Counted from the first letter of the whole stretch, positions 12,691 to 25,829 are shown. The stretch is DNA of 61,827 nt, filler included, from Asterionella formosa (GCA_002256025.1; 27 parts of 27 records of this genome joined end to end with filler, not necessarily neighbours in it); one strand, 5' to 3'. The notes: generated from the letters alone by a model not told the origin. A program made the numbers and translations.

Positions 12691-13178
12691 CATCGGCCAC
12701 TAACTGACCAACAGAAGGGTTCATGACCACTAAAATTTGCTTCCTGGGCAGATTCATAAATAGTCGGCAGGTATGGCCCTCGGCACAGTACCCTAACCAG
12801 ACATCATCATAGGGTTAACCCATGGATTTGCTTGTATAAAACATGCACGGAAGAAAAAACGTGAATAGAGTTAGCTGTGTTAGTATGATAATTTGCTCCG
12901 CGTAGAATTTCTACGACAGGAGAGGAACAGGAACCACAGGATTCCAAACAGGAACAAGGTTAGTAGTGTTAGTAATGTTAACTCCATGAATCTTATGTTT
13001 GACCGTTGTTTCATATCCCATGCGTGGTCGGTTGCATTAAAATGCGTGTGCCCTGCCATTTCCACTGAGTACAAAATTATCATGTACAAATTTACGCTTG
13101 AAATGGTGGTTGTACTCTTGATACATCACAGGACTGCATTTAGCAATGCGAAGACGATCTTTTGTTAAAATTGACACC

Positions 13179-13711
13179 AGTCACGCTTATTTTCTTGATG
13201 CGTCATGGAATTGTCTTCAACTTCAACTATTTATTTACGATTTTGTGTTAGAAAATTGACACCAGGCACGCGCGTTCTCTCGACATAACACGATTGCCTT
13301 CAACAAGCGATGCGAAGTCGATTTCGGCTTATGGTAGAACTCATGCTTGAGGATGTGCTTGAGTTGATCTTTTAATGATTGTTGACTCTCGAAGTAAGTC
13401 AAAACCAAGTGAATCAATTATTTTTTGTTCTTTTCATTGTTCCATTCAAACACTTGTTGCCACGCATTGTCGATCAAGCAAAATGACAATCAACCTCAAA
13501 TCTTCCTTGGCGGAAACCTCTTGATCTTCTGGATGAGTTATCATGAGTTTTAGGAGCTTCTTTAAGGTCTTGAGACAGGCAGCAAAGTCGATTATAAACA
13601 TGTTGAAATGTTTTATTGAGTAATATCATGGCATCCAGCCACTGTTATTGACTCTCAGAGATATCATGAAGAAGGTAATCTTCCAGCCACATCACTATGA
13701 CTTTCTTGTTG
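13179..13711 (-). repeat. Dispersed repeat with decayed coding remnant, reverse complement of ~39390-39927
   Basis: AGAAAATTGACACCAGGCACGCGCGTTCTCTCGACATAACACGATTGCC matches the reverse complement of 39806-39855 and is colinear over ~530 nt. Confidence 0.9.
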
Positions 13712-13811
13712 NNNNNNNNNNNNNNNNNNNNNNNNNNNNNNNNNNNNNNNNNNNNTTAATTAATTAANNNNNNNNNNNNNNNNNNNNNNNNNNNNNNNNN
13801 NNNNNNNNNNN

Positions 13812-14252
13812 ACACCGGTGATCAGACCAAAAAAACCGTTGGTGATACACAAAAAAAACCAAACCGCCATTTTTGTATCATATTTCGGCGATGATACACC
13901 AATGACAACAAATAACAGAATGATAAGAACGGCCCTTACCAATGCTGTATCAGTGATACAGCAATTGATTGCTTTGTATCATGTCTGTTGCCACTGATAA
14001 AATAACTGTAGACATGCAAGTGCCAATTATATGATTTATTTTGTGGATGGGAAAATCAACATCAGCAAAACAGCGCAACATGAAAGCACCACTGGTGCAA
14101 TCGATTGAGGTGATACACCCATTATAAACCAGTGATCAGACCAAAAAAACCGTTGGTGATACACAAAAAAACCAAACCGCCATTTTAGTATCATATTTTG
14201 GAGATGATGCATGAACCAACGATTACCAATGACAGAATGATAAGAACGGCCC
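13812..14252. mobile_element. Two right ends of PIF/Harbinger-like (Tourist-type) elements
   Basis: TIR GAATGATAAGAACGGCCC followed by TTA (13918-13938) and by TAA (14235-14255); duplicated subterminal block GTGATCAGACCAAAAAAACCGTTGGTGATACAC; many GTGATAC/GTATCA motifs. Confidence 0.7.
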
Positions 14253-14255
14253 TAA

Positions 14256-16003
14256 GGGGAGTTCTTATCATTCAGCATTTTTCGCACAATGGGTTTTCAT
14301 TTCCGGGTTTCGAGCAAAAAATGACAGATGGTATCAATTTTGGGTAACATTACTACCTGGTATTGCTATCAGCAATGGCTACCCTAGTGGTATCAATGCA
14401 GCCATTGATACCAAATTGATACCTTTTTGACCACCTCCATAAACAGTATCAGTGATACTGGCAAATTCAGATGTGTATTATTTCTATTGTCACTGATAGA
14501 ATACCCGGTAACATGCAAACATGTGTGTGCATCAATACAACAAATATCCGGCTTGATTCTAGACAACCTGCCACTGCCTTTGATCAGCCGTCATTATATT
14601 CAAAGTAGTAATGTTGTAGTATCAACCAGCAGAGCAGGTAAATGGAAGAAATGAAAGCAAGGCAAATGGAACCAATCACAGAAACAACGATTATTGATGC
14701 TGTGACCCCCAGCCATCTCAAGAAACCCACCTCTCCCAACAAAACAATTCGCTTGTTACAGATGCTGGAGTCGATCGATTTGTTGGCTCCCTCATAATTC
14801 CTAATGACTTTGCTGAGCTTGATATTGATAGGAGACACCTGATTCTCATTAAGGGCATTGCAATGAAGCAGATTTCTGTTAAGCTTCTGCCGAAAAATTG
14901 CGTCAGACACAAAGGTTCTGGATACAAAAATGCGAAGAAAGCGTTCACTGTTAGTTTGATTGTTCGACTTTTGAGTAAAAATGAAAGCAAAGACAATGAC
15001 GACAAGAATGAAAAAGAACAACAGCCAACAGCAGTAGAGGAACAACCATTGGTCCTTGTATGCAACTATGATCATGATGATGATGATGATGATAATGACT
15101 GTACAGGATAAAAAAAATTCGACACTCTTTTAAATCCTTGTTGGAATTCCTCTACTGTGATTTCGGATGAAATTGTGTCCTGTCCAGGTTCACCTTTCGC
15201 ATGCTTCATTTCGGAGATGCAAGCCTTGACTCCCTCGTCTGGTACATTGAAATGTTATAAGTCTATAGATCCATTCAGTATGGACTCAGAATAATTGTTT
15301 TGCTGAAATGGCGGCAATTTGTCCTCAAATATTCCTTCAACAAAAAGTGTGTTTTTGGATTGTGAGAAATGTTCCTTATTTCTCTGTATTTCGGATGGCT
15401 TGGAGATGGATCGAAACTCGAAGACCTCCACCCCCTGATCATCATACACTGGAACTTTGATTCTATTCAATCCAGAAGAGATTTCTTCTTGTTTGGCATT
15501 TTTACGCAATCGTGGCCACAATCAATCTCCTAGCATTTTCTGAAAATGAATATTGGGACCGATTTGGAATTGATGATGATTATGCATGTAAGTTGTTTAT
15601 GCATTCATCATCATGGTCATCATTAAAAATGGAGTCATCTTCTTCACTCAGATATTGATGGTCCTCTTCATTGTTGAGCAGTGACGACATGATTGATTGA
15701 TGTATATTTATAATTTATTGTGCAGACCAAACTACTAGTACATGTAGTCTATCTATTTTATTAAGTACATTTACGTAGATTTCCTACATATTTTCAGTAC
15801 TAGTTACTTCTCAAAATAGTCCGGAGGAAAACATATGTTTGTAGCCAGCCTGTACCCATTGAAATTTCGTGATACTTTTTGGGTGGTACAAATTTGGTTT
15901 TTTCTATGTGGAGAATGAATATTTTCAGTTTAAATCAACTAGCTGTTGCATGATACCTTTTCAAATATTATGATACCCTATCCAAAATGATAATAATGCC
16001 CCC
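14256..16003 (+). mobile_element. Putative non-autonomous Harbinger-like element flanked by TAA, containing a LINE fragment
   Basis: Left TAA|GGGGAGTTCTTATCATT; right AATGATAATAATGCCCCC|TAA; the left ~430 nt resemble 45312-45790. Confidence 0.5.
15115..15530 (-). pseudogene. Fragment of a diatom-type non-LTR retrotransposon ORF (region upstream of RT)
   Basis: WPRLRKNAK..SGLNRIKVP..RNKEHFSQSKNTLF..LPPFQQNNYSESILNG..ISSEITVEEFQQGFK, with an internal stop. Confidence 0.55.
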
Positions 16004-16111
16004 TAAGCCATNNNNNNNNNNNNNNNNNNNNNNNNNNNNNNNNNNNNNNNNNNNNTTAATTAATTAANNNNNNNNNNNNNNNNNNNNNNNNNNNNNNNNN
16101 NNNNNNNNNNN

Positions 16112-18311
16112 TTGGAAACCACGAGACAGTATCGCAGATTCTGATTGAACGTGTGTCCCACATCCAGATGCAGTAGCAGCGATAGGAATCCACAGCAGGG
16201 CCGACATACCAACCATCGAGAGCATGCGGAGCCCATGTTGTGCGGTGTTGGGGCTTGGCATGAACAAGGACCCGACAGCCAGGTGGAGCAAGGGGGACAC
16301 GGTTGTAATCATAGGTTCCATTGACCTGTGCCCAAGCAGACAGTTTGGGGTTGATGCGTGAGCCACGGAGGAGGTTAAGAGTAAGTTCAGCTTGAACTAA
16401 TAGTTGGTCCCACAAGTGGAGAGTAAAGTGTTTGTCGACACTGCATAGACCGGCAATGAAATGATTTTGAAAGGTGCGAATTGCACGTTCAGCGGCATTG
16501 CGACGATGGACAGCCGGCGGGACCAACTGAAAGTCAATAGCTTCTTCGTCCAAGAATTCTTTGAGGAGTGTAGAACACTCATTGTCAAGGCGTTGAAGTT
16601 TGGGACGTAGGCCAGCTTTGCACAAACGTTGATGTAATGCTTTATATGCTGCAAGGAGGCAGGAAGCGGTTCGGTTATGAAAGGGCTAAACGAAAATGTA
16701 GTTGCTGTCATAATCATATAAAATCATAATGTAGTTGTTTCCAGTGCTGGAGGGGAGTATGAATTTTCCGGTTTGATCAGTGTAAATTTGGCCTGTGGGT
16801 GCAATAATGGACGCAAAACACATATGGGTAGGGGTTGCAAGACCCTCAGGGTGGAAATCAGCATCACCCAGCACATTGGTAGTAGGAATGGATGCAAGTT
16901 CAGGCTCAATGATAGTTGGGGGCACACGTGTGGATCGTACGTTTTGACGTGTTTGATCGAGGTGGCCTTTGATGGTTGCGATGGAATGAGGGGGATGTTT
17001 GCGTAGTGTAGCTAAGGTTAGACCTGGAAAATTGACAAGATACCCATGGAGTAATGCGCTTTCCAAAGTGGAGAGAACAGGAAAAAAGAGGGCCGCATGG
17101 GCAAAGGCAACAAGTGCTGGTGCATTGGGACTGCCAATGGCGGTAGCAGCGTAGTGGGTAGGGGTAGGCAATGGTGGATCAATAGTGGCGGTGGTGACAT
17201 GCCATAATCGAGTGGTGGTGGAGCGATGGCCCTGAAGGATGCAATGACCATCGGATAAGACAGACATGTGTAGTTTGGTGAAAAGTACCTTGTAGCCAGA
17301 ATCACATAGTTGTCCAATGCTCAATGAAGAGCAATTGTGTAGACCAGGGACAATGTGTACATGAGGAGCAGCAGGTAAGAGCATAGGTAAAGATAATTCG
17401 GCCTCATGTGTAGATTTAACATGGTTGCCGTTAGGAAGTTGAATGGTGATAGGGTTGGTGGTAGGTCATTTGTTGATGACAGGTAAATCAACAGTGGCGT
17501 AATTGCCAGAACTACCAGAATCAGCAATGAGTGTGACGGGGGGACAAGTGATGGGAGATAAGTTTGTGTTAATAGTATTATCGACAGCAACTTGCTCCCC
17601 TCCACATCAAGCAAGTGGTGAAGGTGGCGGTGAAACACGGGGTGGCCGGGTAGGACGGGGACCATCACTAAAAAGACGGACGCTGCCACCCAGACGTCGA
17701 TCAAGGGTGGCATTGAGTTGATGGCCAGAAGCTGGATGATTGCAAGTTGCACTGGTATGGTCAGGGTTTTTGGTAAGACCATGAGTCCAACAATAGCCTA
17801 ATTGGACATTGTTGTAAGTGTATCCAGAAGGGACAGCACGAGCAGCGGCAGCAATAGCTGGCAATGGGGGAGGGCCACTGGTTTGAATGGCAGCATGGGC
17901 ACCATGATAACCGGCAGTGGTGGCGGTGGCAAGGCGCAATCGTTCCTTATCAGCATGCATGAAATGCGGGCAAAAATTAACCCATGTACGGTCCAGCTCA
18001 GCGCGATCACGCCAAGTTTGAATGCTATGAGAATATACACCAGCCTGTTCTAAAGCAGAAAGAGTCAATCGCATGACAGTACTGTCAGAGAAAGGTTCCC
18101 CACCAGCATCGGCAATGGCACAAAGATGTTTGATGCGGATCCATAAATGCTCAATAGGTTCCTCTGGTGGCCAAGCATCGGCCAAGCGCATGCGATTGAG
18201 TTCCAAATCATCCACACTCAATGTTGCATATGTAGATTCTAAGTGAGCAAGTAAGGTCAGAACAGTGATGTCTGCATATCCAAATGTAGCATCTTCCAGA
18301 ACGTTGTAGTA
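16112..18311 (-). mobile_element. Ty1/copia (CoDi-like) gag-protease-integrase, decayed; one reading frame with three in-frame stops
   Basis: Gag knuckle YCWTHG..DHTSATC..GH; protease IADSGSSGNY; AHAALF.P..KGHLDQTR; integrase TDQTGKF, YDYDSN, LDNECS, HRRNAAERAIRTFQNHFIAGL; stops at 17607, ~17467 and 16686. Confidence 0.93.
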
Positions 18312-18619
18312 NNNNNNNNNNNNNNNNNNNNNNNNNNNNNNNNNNNNNNNNNNNNTTAATTAATTAANNNNNNNNNNNNNNNNNNNNNNNNNNNNNNNNN
18401 NNNNNNNNNNNCCTTCAGACCGCTGCTCTGAGGGCATGTCATGGTGTGAATAATAATAGTGCTCCTACGCACATCATTGGTGAAATTCTACCAAAGGTCC
18501 CCAATGTACACTGCCGTGAATGAATTTGACTGAGTTTAATTAGTATAAGGGGGAGATCCAGGACAATAAAGAGGCTTCCCTTATAATAGACCTACGTAGA
18601 TTTTTATCGGTTCTACAGG

Positions 18620-19850
18620 ATAGCGCGCATTTTTCCAATAAATATTAAAATGATCATAATCTCCGTAAAGTGGAAAATGAGAAAGTTCCTCAGCTTGCAA
18701 GAAAAATGTGACATCATGGATGAAGCATGGGAACTCCCCAGCAACATTAAGGCATTTGGCACATAAGTATGGCATCAATGCCAGCAATATTCGGCGCTGG
18801 AAAACTAACTTCATGCTTTTTATGATCATTATACCAATGTAGAAGGTTCATTGTTGGATGAGGGTCATTTGCTACTAAAGAAAGAGACGTTTCATTTAGG
18901 CAAGTCATTTCGCAATGATAGTGCCGCTCAGCTGAATTTGCTGCAATTCATCATGGTAATGATCGCGTTTGTTCAATCATGTTGCTTGCTGCCGAGTTGA
19001 AGCGTTTGTTGGGACAAGATGTTAGTTTGAGCATTGTGCCACAGCATGTAGCTCGTTGGTGCAAATCACAAAACATCATGTATCATCATATCACCCACAT
19101 GGCACAAAACACCAGTTATGTACTGAGTGCCATGCAGGAGTATCTCCAGTACTTAAACAAGATGCAGTTTCTTGACAGGGTTGTATCATTGTACAAGTAT
19201 TGTAAATATAGATGAAACAAACATTTATTTCAATATGTCAGGCAGTCTCATGCAAGCTGATAAAGGTGTGCAAACCATTATTTTATGCACCAATGGCAGC
19301 AGCATGCGTTGCACAAAGTTGTTGGGAGTTTCAATGTCTGGAGAGAAGCTTGCTCCTCTTGTTGTTTTCAAAGGAGTACCTGATGCCAGGATCCAAAGGG
19401 AATGCAACAATCAACAGTTTGCCTATCCTCAGGAAATGGTTTATTGTTTGTCAGGCAAAGGCATGGGTTGATGAGTTGATGTTTATGCTTTGGATTTTGG
19501 AAATTTGGAAGCCATGGAGGACAGCAATCAACCAAGCTACCTGCTAATTGACGAGTTTCAGGTGTGTTTGATGGCAACAAGCCTCAATGCAATTAAGGAC
19601 TGTGGAACTGCTATGGATTTCATTTGTGGAGGTTACACCTCCAAACTTCAAGTTTTGGACATTGGTGGTAAACAAGCCCTTTAAAGTGTTTGTTAGGGAT
19701 GGCAATGAGGACTGAATGGTCGCCCATCTTCATGGTACAAAGGTGAAGCAACAGGATGTTGCTCAGTGGGTCTGGACAGCTTGGGAGAAGCTCTCTCAAT
19801 CCACCATTTTAAACACTTGGAATTCAGTCAGTTACATTGCAAGCAATTGA
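18620..19850 (+). pseudogene. pogo/Tc1-mariner DDE_1 transposase pseudogene
   Basis: KYGINASNIRRWK (HTH), IVNIDETNIYF, SGEKLAPLVVFKG, QAKAWVDE..WILEIWKP, YLLIDEF, GGYTSKLQVLDIG..KPFK across frameshifts. Confidence 0.9.
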
Positions 19851-20287
19851 CGACTTTATATTAGTCAAAAAGTGTAGCATTTGACTAGAAATATAACTTT
19901 ATCATCTGTTTATGTATGATCTAATGTATTTTATTGATTTTTAGAAGAAATTCCATTAGCATCAATATGAAATAGCTCAAGTCTCAATTTTCGAGTCGAT
20001 TTTTCGTGTTGCAGCTATTAGAACCATAATCGATGTGAATCACTAAATATACTAAAAGAAATGATTCTAGAGTCTATTAATGGTTCTACAATGTTATAAC
20101 ATATATTGTAGAATGCATTTCTATAGCTTTATTGGGAGCTGCTACAAAAATCTACTCCTGGCCTTGAATATCGTCCTTCAAGTGGAATGTTGCCATTCCA
20201 GCCTTTCAAATGATGCTCTTCTTTATTCTCATCATTGAATTTTCATGTAAATCATACAGCTCTATGACCTGCATGAACCTGTCGATA

Positions 20288-20523
20288 TACATCTAAGCCG
20301 CGAAATACGCCACTTTTCGAAATTTGTTCTACGTAGGAGTGTTAATTATGTGGTACTTCACATGAAATAATGCCGCTCTTCCCGGAGAAAAGGTTACTTT
20401 TAACGGTTTCATGTGAAGTTTTAACGGTTTCATGTGAAGATTTCACAAAAAACTTTGAACTCGAGACTGTATTAGTCGATGCTTCAAATAATTCATTTCA
20501 AAGTTCAACTAAGACCCTGCTCT
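20288..20523 (+). repeat. Single unit of the 188-nt repeat family
   Basis: Starts TACATCTAAGCCGCGAAATACGCCACTTTTCGAAA, as at 4081. Confidence 0.93.
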
Positions 20524-20709
20524 CGTGGCTAATTCATTTACGACATGCATCTTCCTTTGTGAAATAGTAAGGATATTTGTGGTGTCTTAATTCATGCTAC
20601 CAGGTACAGNNNNNNNNNNNNNNNNNNNNNNNNNNNNNNNNNNNNNNNNNNNNTTAATTAATTAANNNNNNNNNNNNNNNNNNNNNNNNNNNNNNNNNNN
20701 NNNNNNNNN

Positions 20710-20836
20710 CACAATAAAGTAAAGCAGAAAGTGAGTTTCTGACGTTTACTAAAGATCTAGAAGTAGATCACGAGAAATAGCTAGCTGAGAGTGAAGTATA
20801 GACGTATACTACTCAAGAGTACTAGATACTTTAACA
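20710..20836 (+). mobile_element. Probable 3' end of the 5' LTR of the downstream copia element (ends ATACTTTAACA)
   Basis: Ends in ..AACA 46 nt before the gag ATG; the same ATACTTTAACA ends the putative LTR at 49144-49154. Confidence 0.5.
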
Positions 20837-20882
20837 CGTTTATAAACGAACCTTTGTATCTACAAAGCAAAAGATAAGTAGC

Positions 20883-22906
20883 ATGACTACAGCAGAAGAG
20901 AAAGTCGGAACCATCAAGTTTGATGGAGACGAAAACCATTGGCATGAGTGGAGCGTGAAGGCGCTCGCTCTGGCCAAAAGCAAGGGGTTTCGCCATGTCT
21001 ATGCCAACGACACGAAACCATGTTCAGATGCGGTCTATTTGACTTCGACGCACGACGAAGAGAAGAAAAAGTATGAGGATAACGATAAAGCTTACCAGTT
21101 TTTAATCCTCAGCTGTACTGGAATCGCTTTTGGGTTAGTGAATCATGCAAAGACGAAGGACCTAATCGATGGCGATGCTTTCTTAGGATGGAAGAACCTT
21201 AACGACAGGTATGCGCCCAACGAAGCATCGGATTTGATTCAGCTTGCTGGAGAATTCAACAAGTGCAACCTCAAGGATACGAAACAAGACCCTGATGAAT
21301 GGTTCATTAAGTTAGACAACATCAGGAACAGGATGATACAGATTGATATCGACTTCGAGAAAAAGGACGCCGAAGTTATCGCGCATATCATTGACAAACT
21401 TCCAGGAGAGTACAGCGAAGTGATTACTATGGTTGAAGGAGTAAAAAACGTGACGCTTACGGAGATCAAAGCTAAGATCAGGGCGTTCTACAAGCGCAAG
21501 TTCAAGACAACAGACAAGAATGAAGACGAATTGGCTTTGTTTGTCGGAGGAAAGTTTAAAGGGAACTGTCGCAACTGTGGAAAGCAGGGGCACAAGGCAG
21601 CGGAATGCCGATCAAAAGCGAACACTGCTGGTGGTGGGAACAAGAAACGAGCAAAAGACGATGAAGCCATCGGCAAAGGAGTCAAATGTTTCAATTGTAA
21701 TAAGTATGCTGGACACATTGCGAAAGATTGCCCTGAGAAAAATAAGAAAGACGAAAAGGACAAAGACAAAGAAACCGGAATGTATGTCGGGGTGACGATT
21801 ACGATCGATGACGACGAAGAAACTACGAAAGAAGGCATCGAACTCATCAAGAAGACGAACGACAATGAGTTCAAAAACAAAATCGAAAATAACGAATTTT
21901 GTGGAGTGAGTGATGATGTCAAGACTGAAGAATGGTTAGCGGATACAGGAGCTACAAGTCATATCACTACGTGCGATGTTGGTATGACAAATATCGAAAG
22001 AGTCAAGACTCGAGTCATCGTTGGCAATGGAGAGGAAATTTTATGTACCAAACGTGGTGACATCCTCCTCACTGATACTGCTACACAGAAGGTCCTACTC
22101 CTGAAGAAGGTCCTATATACACCTACCTTCCACAAGAATATACTAAGTGTCGGTATGTTTGTGCGAAATGGGAGTTTCGAGGTTGGTATTCTCAAGGACA
22201 AGATGACCCTACGCAAGGAAGGGGAGCACGACGGACTAACTTTCAAGAGCAAGGCCAACGGTGTGCTCTACTATATGCATGGTACTAGAAAGTACGGCAA
22301 CGAAACAGCATTGTCCACAGAGGACAACAACGAGGAAGCTGCGCCAACGACCGGCAACCCTGTTAAGCAAACACCTAAGAAAAGTATGGACATCAATGTC
22401 GCACATGACAAATTCGGGCACACTAGCGAGGCAGCTCTGCGTGCTACATTGAAGTCGATTGGTATTGAGACCAGTGGAGCCCTACAGCCATGTGAGGGAT
22501 GTGCTTTGGCTAAAGCAAAATCAAAGGCTGTACCTAAAGTTGCAACTAACAAAGCGACTATGGCAGGTGAGCGTTTAGGTGCAGATATAAGTGGCCCTTA
22601 CAAGAAGTCTATTGTCGGGAGTACTTACTGGATTTTGGTCGTTGATGAATATAGTGGAAAATCCTGGAGTTTCTTTGTCAAGAAAAAGTCGCAGATGGCG
22701 GCTACAGTGGAACCACTATTGCTTAAATTACGCAATGCTAACTACGTCATTCGGTACCTGCGATGTGACAATGCTGGGGAAAATATCAAGGGACTTTCCG
22801 CGATGTGTGACAGGCTTAATATCACTATCGAATTTACTGCTCCACATACCCCACAGCAAAACGGTATGGTGGAACGCAAATTTGTGACTATTAGAGACAG
22901 AAGCGT
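20883..22906 (+). CDS. Ty1/copia Gag-Pol polyprotein (single open ORF, 3'-truncated)
   Basis: Two CCHC knuckles (CRNCGKQGHKAAEC, CFNCNKYAGHIAKDC); protease WLADTGATSH; AHDKFGH..CEGC; integrase ADISGP, VVDEYS, RCDNAGEN, PQQNGMVER. Confidence 0.97.
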
Positions 22907-23006
22907 NNNNNNNNNNNNNNNNNNNNNNNNNNNNNNNNNNNNNNNNNNNNTTAATTAATTAANNNNNNNNNNNNNNNNNNNNNNNNNNNNNNNNNNNNNN
23001 NNNNNN

Positions 23007-24112
23007 GAGAAGTACGTGTCGTTCGCCCTCCTCGTCTATCTGTGAAAACAAATTCTGAGCAATAAGGTTAGAAGACAATGCCTCTGTGTGTCCGTCAAAG
23101 AACTCGACCTCATACTCTCTGGTGTCAAGCAAAGGATTTTCGTGAGCCTTGCCGATAGGTCTACCATCAGCGTCGCGCAATCTCTTGGTGACTCTGCCAA
23201 ACTGAACACCGTCGTTGTCATCTCCAGCGCCCCTCGCTATCGCTATCTCTTTGTTGAGGTATGTATCCTCGAAAAAAACGGGCGTGAAAGTGTCATCGGC
23301 ATTTGGTATTTGGTGATCGCTCACAACATTGTTTATCTCTTCGCCATTACTGAGTCGTCCTGCAGATCCGAGTATTCATCCCAATCCTGCAATTGTCGCT
23401 CCTCCTCGTCGCCTGCATTTTGGTGGTTGTAGTCACGTATTATTTCCTTTATCCTCTCATTGTACTCCTTGCATCTGTCATTGACCTCGCTAGTTGTCAG
23501 TTCAAGGTGAGTGATACGCTGCACTGTAGTGCATGAGATAACGCGACAAGCAATGGTTAGAATCCAATATGACATTAGGTTACCGACTCGGTGAGACACC
23601 CCAAGCCAGCGCCCGAACATGTTTTCGCCAACCCCTGCATTATCCTTGTACCACACCCAATCGTAGAACACGAAATCCAAGTATTCGGATATGTCGGGTG
23701 TCTCGCCTGTGATTTGTTCTATAGGAGTCCGACCTTCCAGCGCGAATGATGAGTTAGCAGTGAGAGACATTGTTTCACACACCCACACGATTCCGTAATC
23801 CCACAAACGCTTCGGAACCCGACGCTTCATCATTTGTCGAAACCATCGCTTTTTCACTTCACGAATAACTGACTCCGCTCGATTCTGTCGATGCTGTTTA
23901 GTTTCGCTCACGTGATGTTCAATCCCATACTTCCTTACGTTCTTAATGAATTCCGTTTTCGGTCCAGTCTGTTCGGACACCCCGTCAGACGTGAGGTACT
24001 CAGGTGCTCCGTAATCACGAATGAATTGTCGGAGCGCCAAACCCGCGCCAGACTTCTTCTCCATCGGGTACGCTTTTACGAAATACGCTTCATTTGCAAA
24101 GATTTGAGCACC
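23007..24112 (-). mobile_element. CoDi-type Ty1/copia integrase and post-integrase region, frameshifted near 23330
   Basis: AQIFANE..YPM, TSDGVSEQ, QNRAESVIREVK, RLWDYG, TGETPDISEYLDF.FYDWVWY, GRWLGVSH, NPLLDTREYEVEF.DG; homologous to 59641-61827. Confidence 0.93.
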
Positions 24113-24164
24113 ATCTAAGACGCCGTTTACGGCACTTTTTCGAATTTATGTGTAAAGTGACGTA

Positions 24165-24240
24165 TTCATGCTACTTTTTTAAAATATTATGTTACTTTTC
24201 TAAAATATTATGTTACTTTTTTGAAATATTATGCTACTTT
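24165..24240. repeat. Minisatellite of 21-22 nt (AAATATTATGYTACTTTT), at least 3 units
   Basis: Direct reading; further degenerate units at 24327-24361. Confidence 0.85.
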
Positions 24241-24621
24241 CTCCCTAATTTATTCGGGTTAAACAAAAATTTATTTCACTTATCGAATAATTATGTGATC
24301 ACACCAATCGCAACAGTTTAAAAGCGAAATTATGCTGCTCTGCCGCAATATTATGCTGCTTTCACCATATAATGAACGAAAGAGTCGCCAATTCCGATAC
24401 ACTTATTATTTTTTCCGCTCCGACATATCACTTTGATCTGAACTGGCAAAGAATAACACATGCAAGAGGAAGATTCACACTGTAGAATTCAGCACACGTA
24501 GTAGTAGTAGTTGATGTTGTAGACACATAATTAAGTCATTGTTGATTGTAGAGATTACAATAGCCTGCCAGATTGGAAATAAAGCACTGTTGGTCCTCGT
24601 TGAGCATCGTTTAGCATTGCA

Positions 24622-24913
24622 TGTCGCCGTAGCTAGTGAGTCAAAATTGAGATGCGCCGCAATGGCCTTCTCCGTTTCGGAGCAGCTACAAATAGTCTGC
24701 AGCAATAAGTCGAGCAAGTACAATATAGAAAAAGAAGGAAAGGATGCTGAGTAGCTCACAATAAGGAATTGAATCCGTTATTTCGTTAAGAAACAGCTGT
24801 TGCATATTTCAACCTTGGATGTCGCCGTAGTGAGTCAATTGAGATGTGCCGCAATGGCCTTCTCCGTTTCGGAGCAGCTACAAATAGTCTACAGCGATAA
24901 CTCTAGCAAGTAC
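24622..24913. repeat. Direct repeat of about 100 nt (24622-24721 and 24820-24913)
   Basis: GCCGCAATGGCCTTCTCCGTTTCGGAGCAGCTACAAATAGTCT twice. Confidence 0.9.
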
Positions 24914-25829
24914 CATTGAAGCCACCATAAAAGTTTCCCTGCAGGAAGAAGTACTCCCTCAACTCTCTGAACTCATTACAAGAGAGGTATCAAGCACAAT
25001 CAATTCCTCTGAATTTGGTAATGCCATCTCTGAAAATATCCGCCAGCATCTAGTCTTTCACTTCCACCCCCCTGTATCACAAATCTCAGCAGCAGAGTCG
25101 TCTCAACCCACACCTATGATAACTGGGGGAGACGACAGCGAAGATTAGTAGGCTTGGCAATTCTGCTCCTCTTGGTGAGCAGATGGCGCCGCCTCCATCC
25201 CAANNNNNNNNNNNNNNNNNNNNNNNNNNNNNNNNNNNNNNNNNNNNTTAATTAATTAANNNNNNNNNNNNNNNNNNNNNNNNNNNNNNNNNNNNNNNNN
25301 NNNCTACAGTGCGTACTACAGCGCTTATCACAGATTTTAGTGGTGCATGAAGTGACTACCAACCCACCTTATATGAGCCATGGAGCGCAATGAAGGCAAC
25401 TCTAGAAATAGAATAGTAAGAATGCGCTATAAGAATGATTAATATATACAAAACAGAGTTCCCTTACAATTTGCTGCATAGCTAGTACTATATCAGAGAT
25501 TGATTAGGCAGCATGGAATTTGGGATTGATTGTTGTGGTGAGCAATTGTTTTGCTTTGTACAAATTATCAAAACCGTAATCATAACAAAGATAAATTTAG
25601 ACCAATCATGCTTTTGCAATATTTCATGTCTTCTCATGAATTGGATGAGGGACAACGAAAAGTTCATGCCGACACCAAAATACTCCTTTCATACACCAGT
25701 ATACTTACACATACATGTGCAACCGTGCAGATTCCGATTCCAATATTTTGACGACTGTTGAAAAAGCCGATCGGGGTTGACTCTTTTGAGGATGATTGCT
25801 CTAAATTGGCGGGAATTCATGAATATTAG

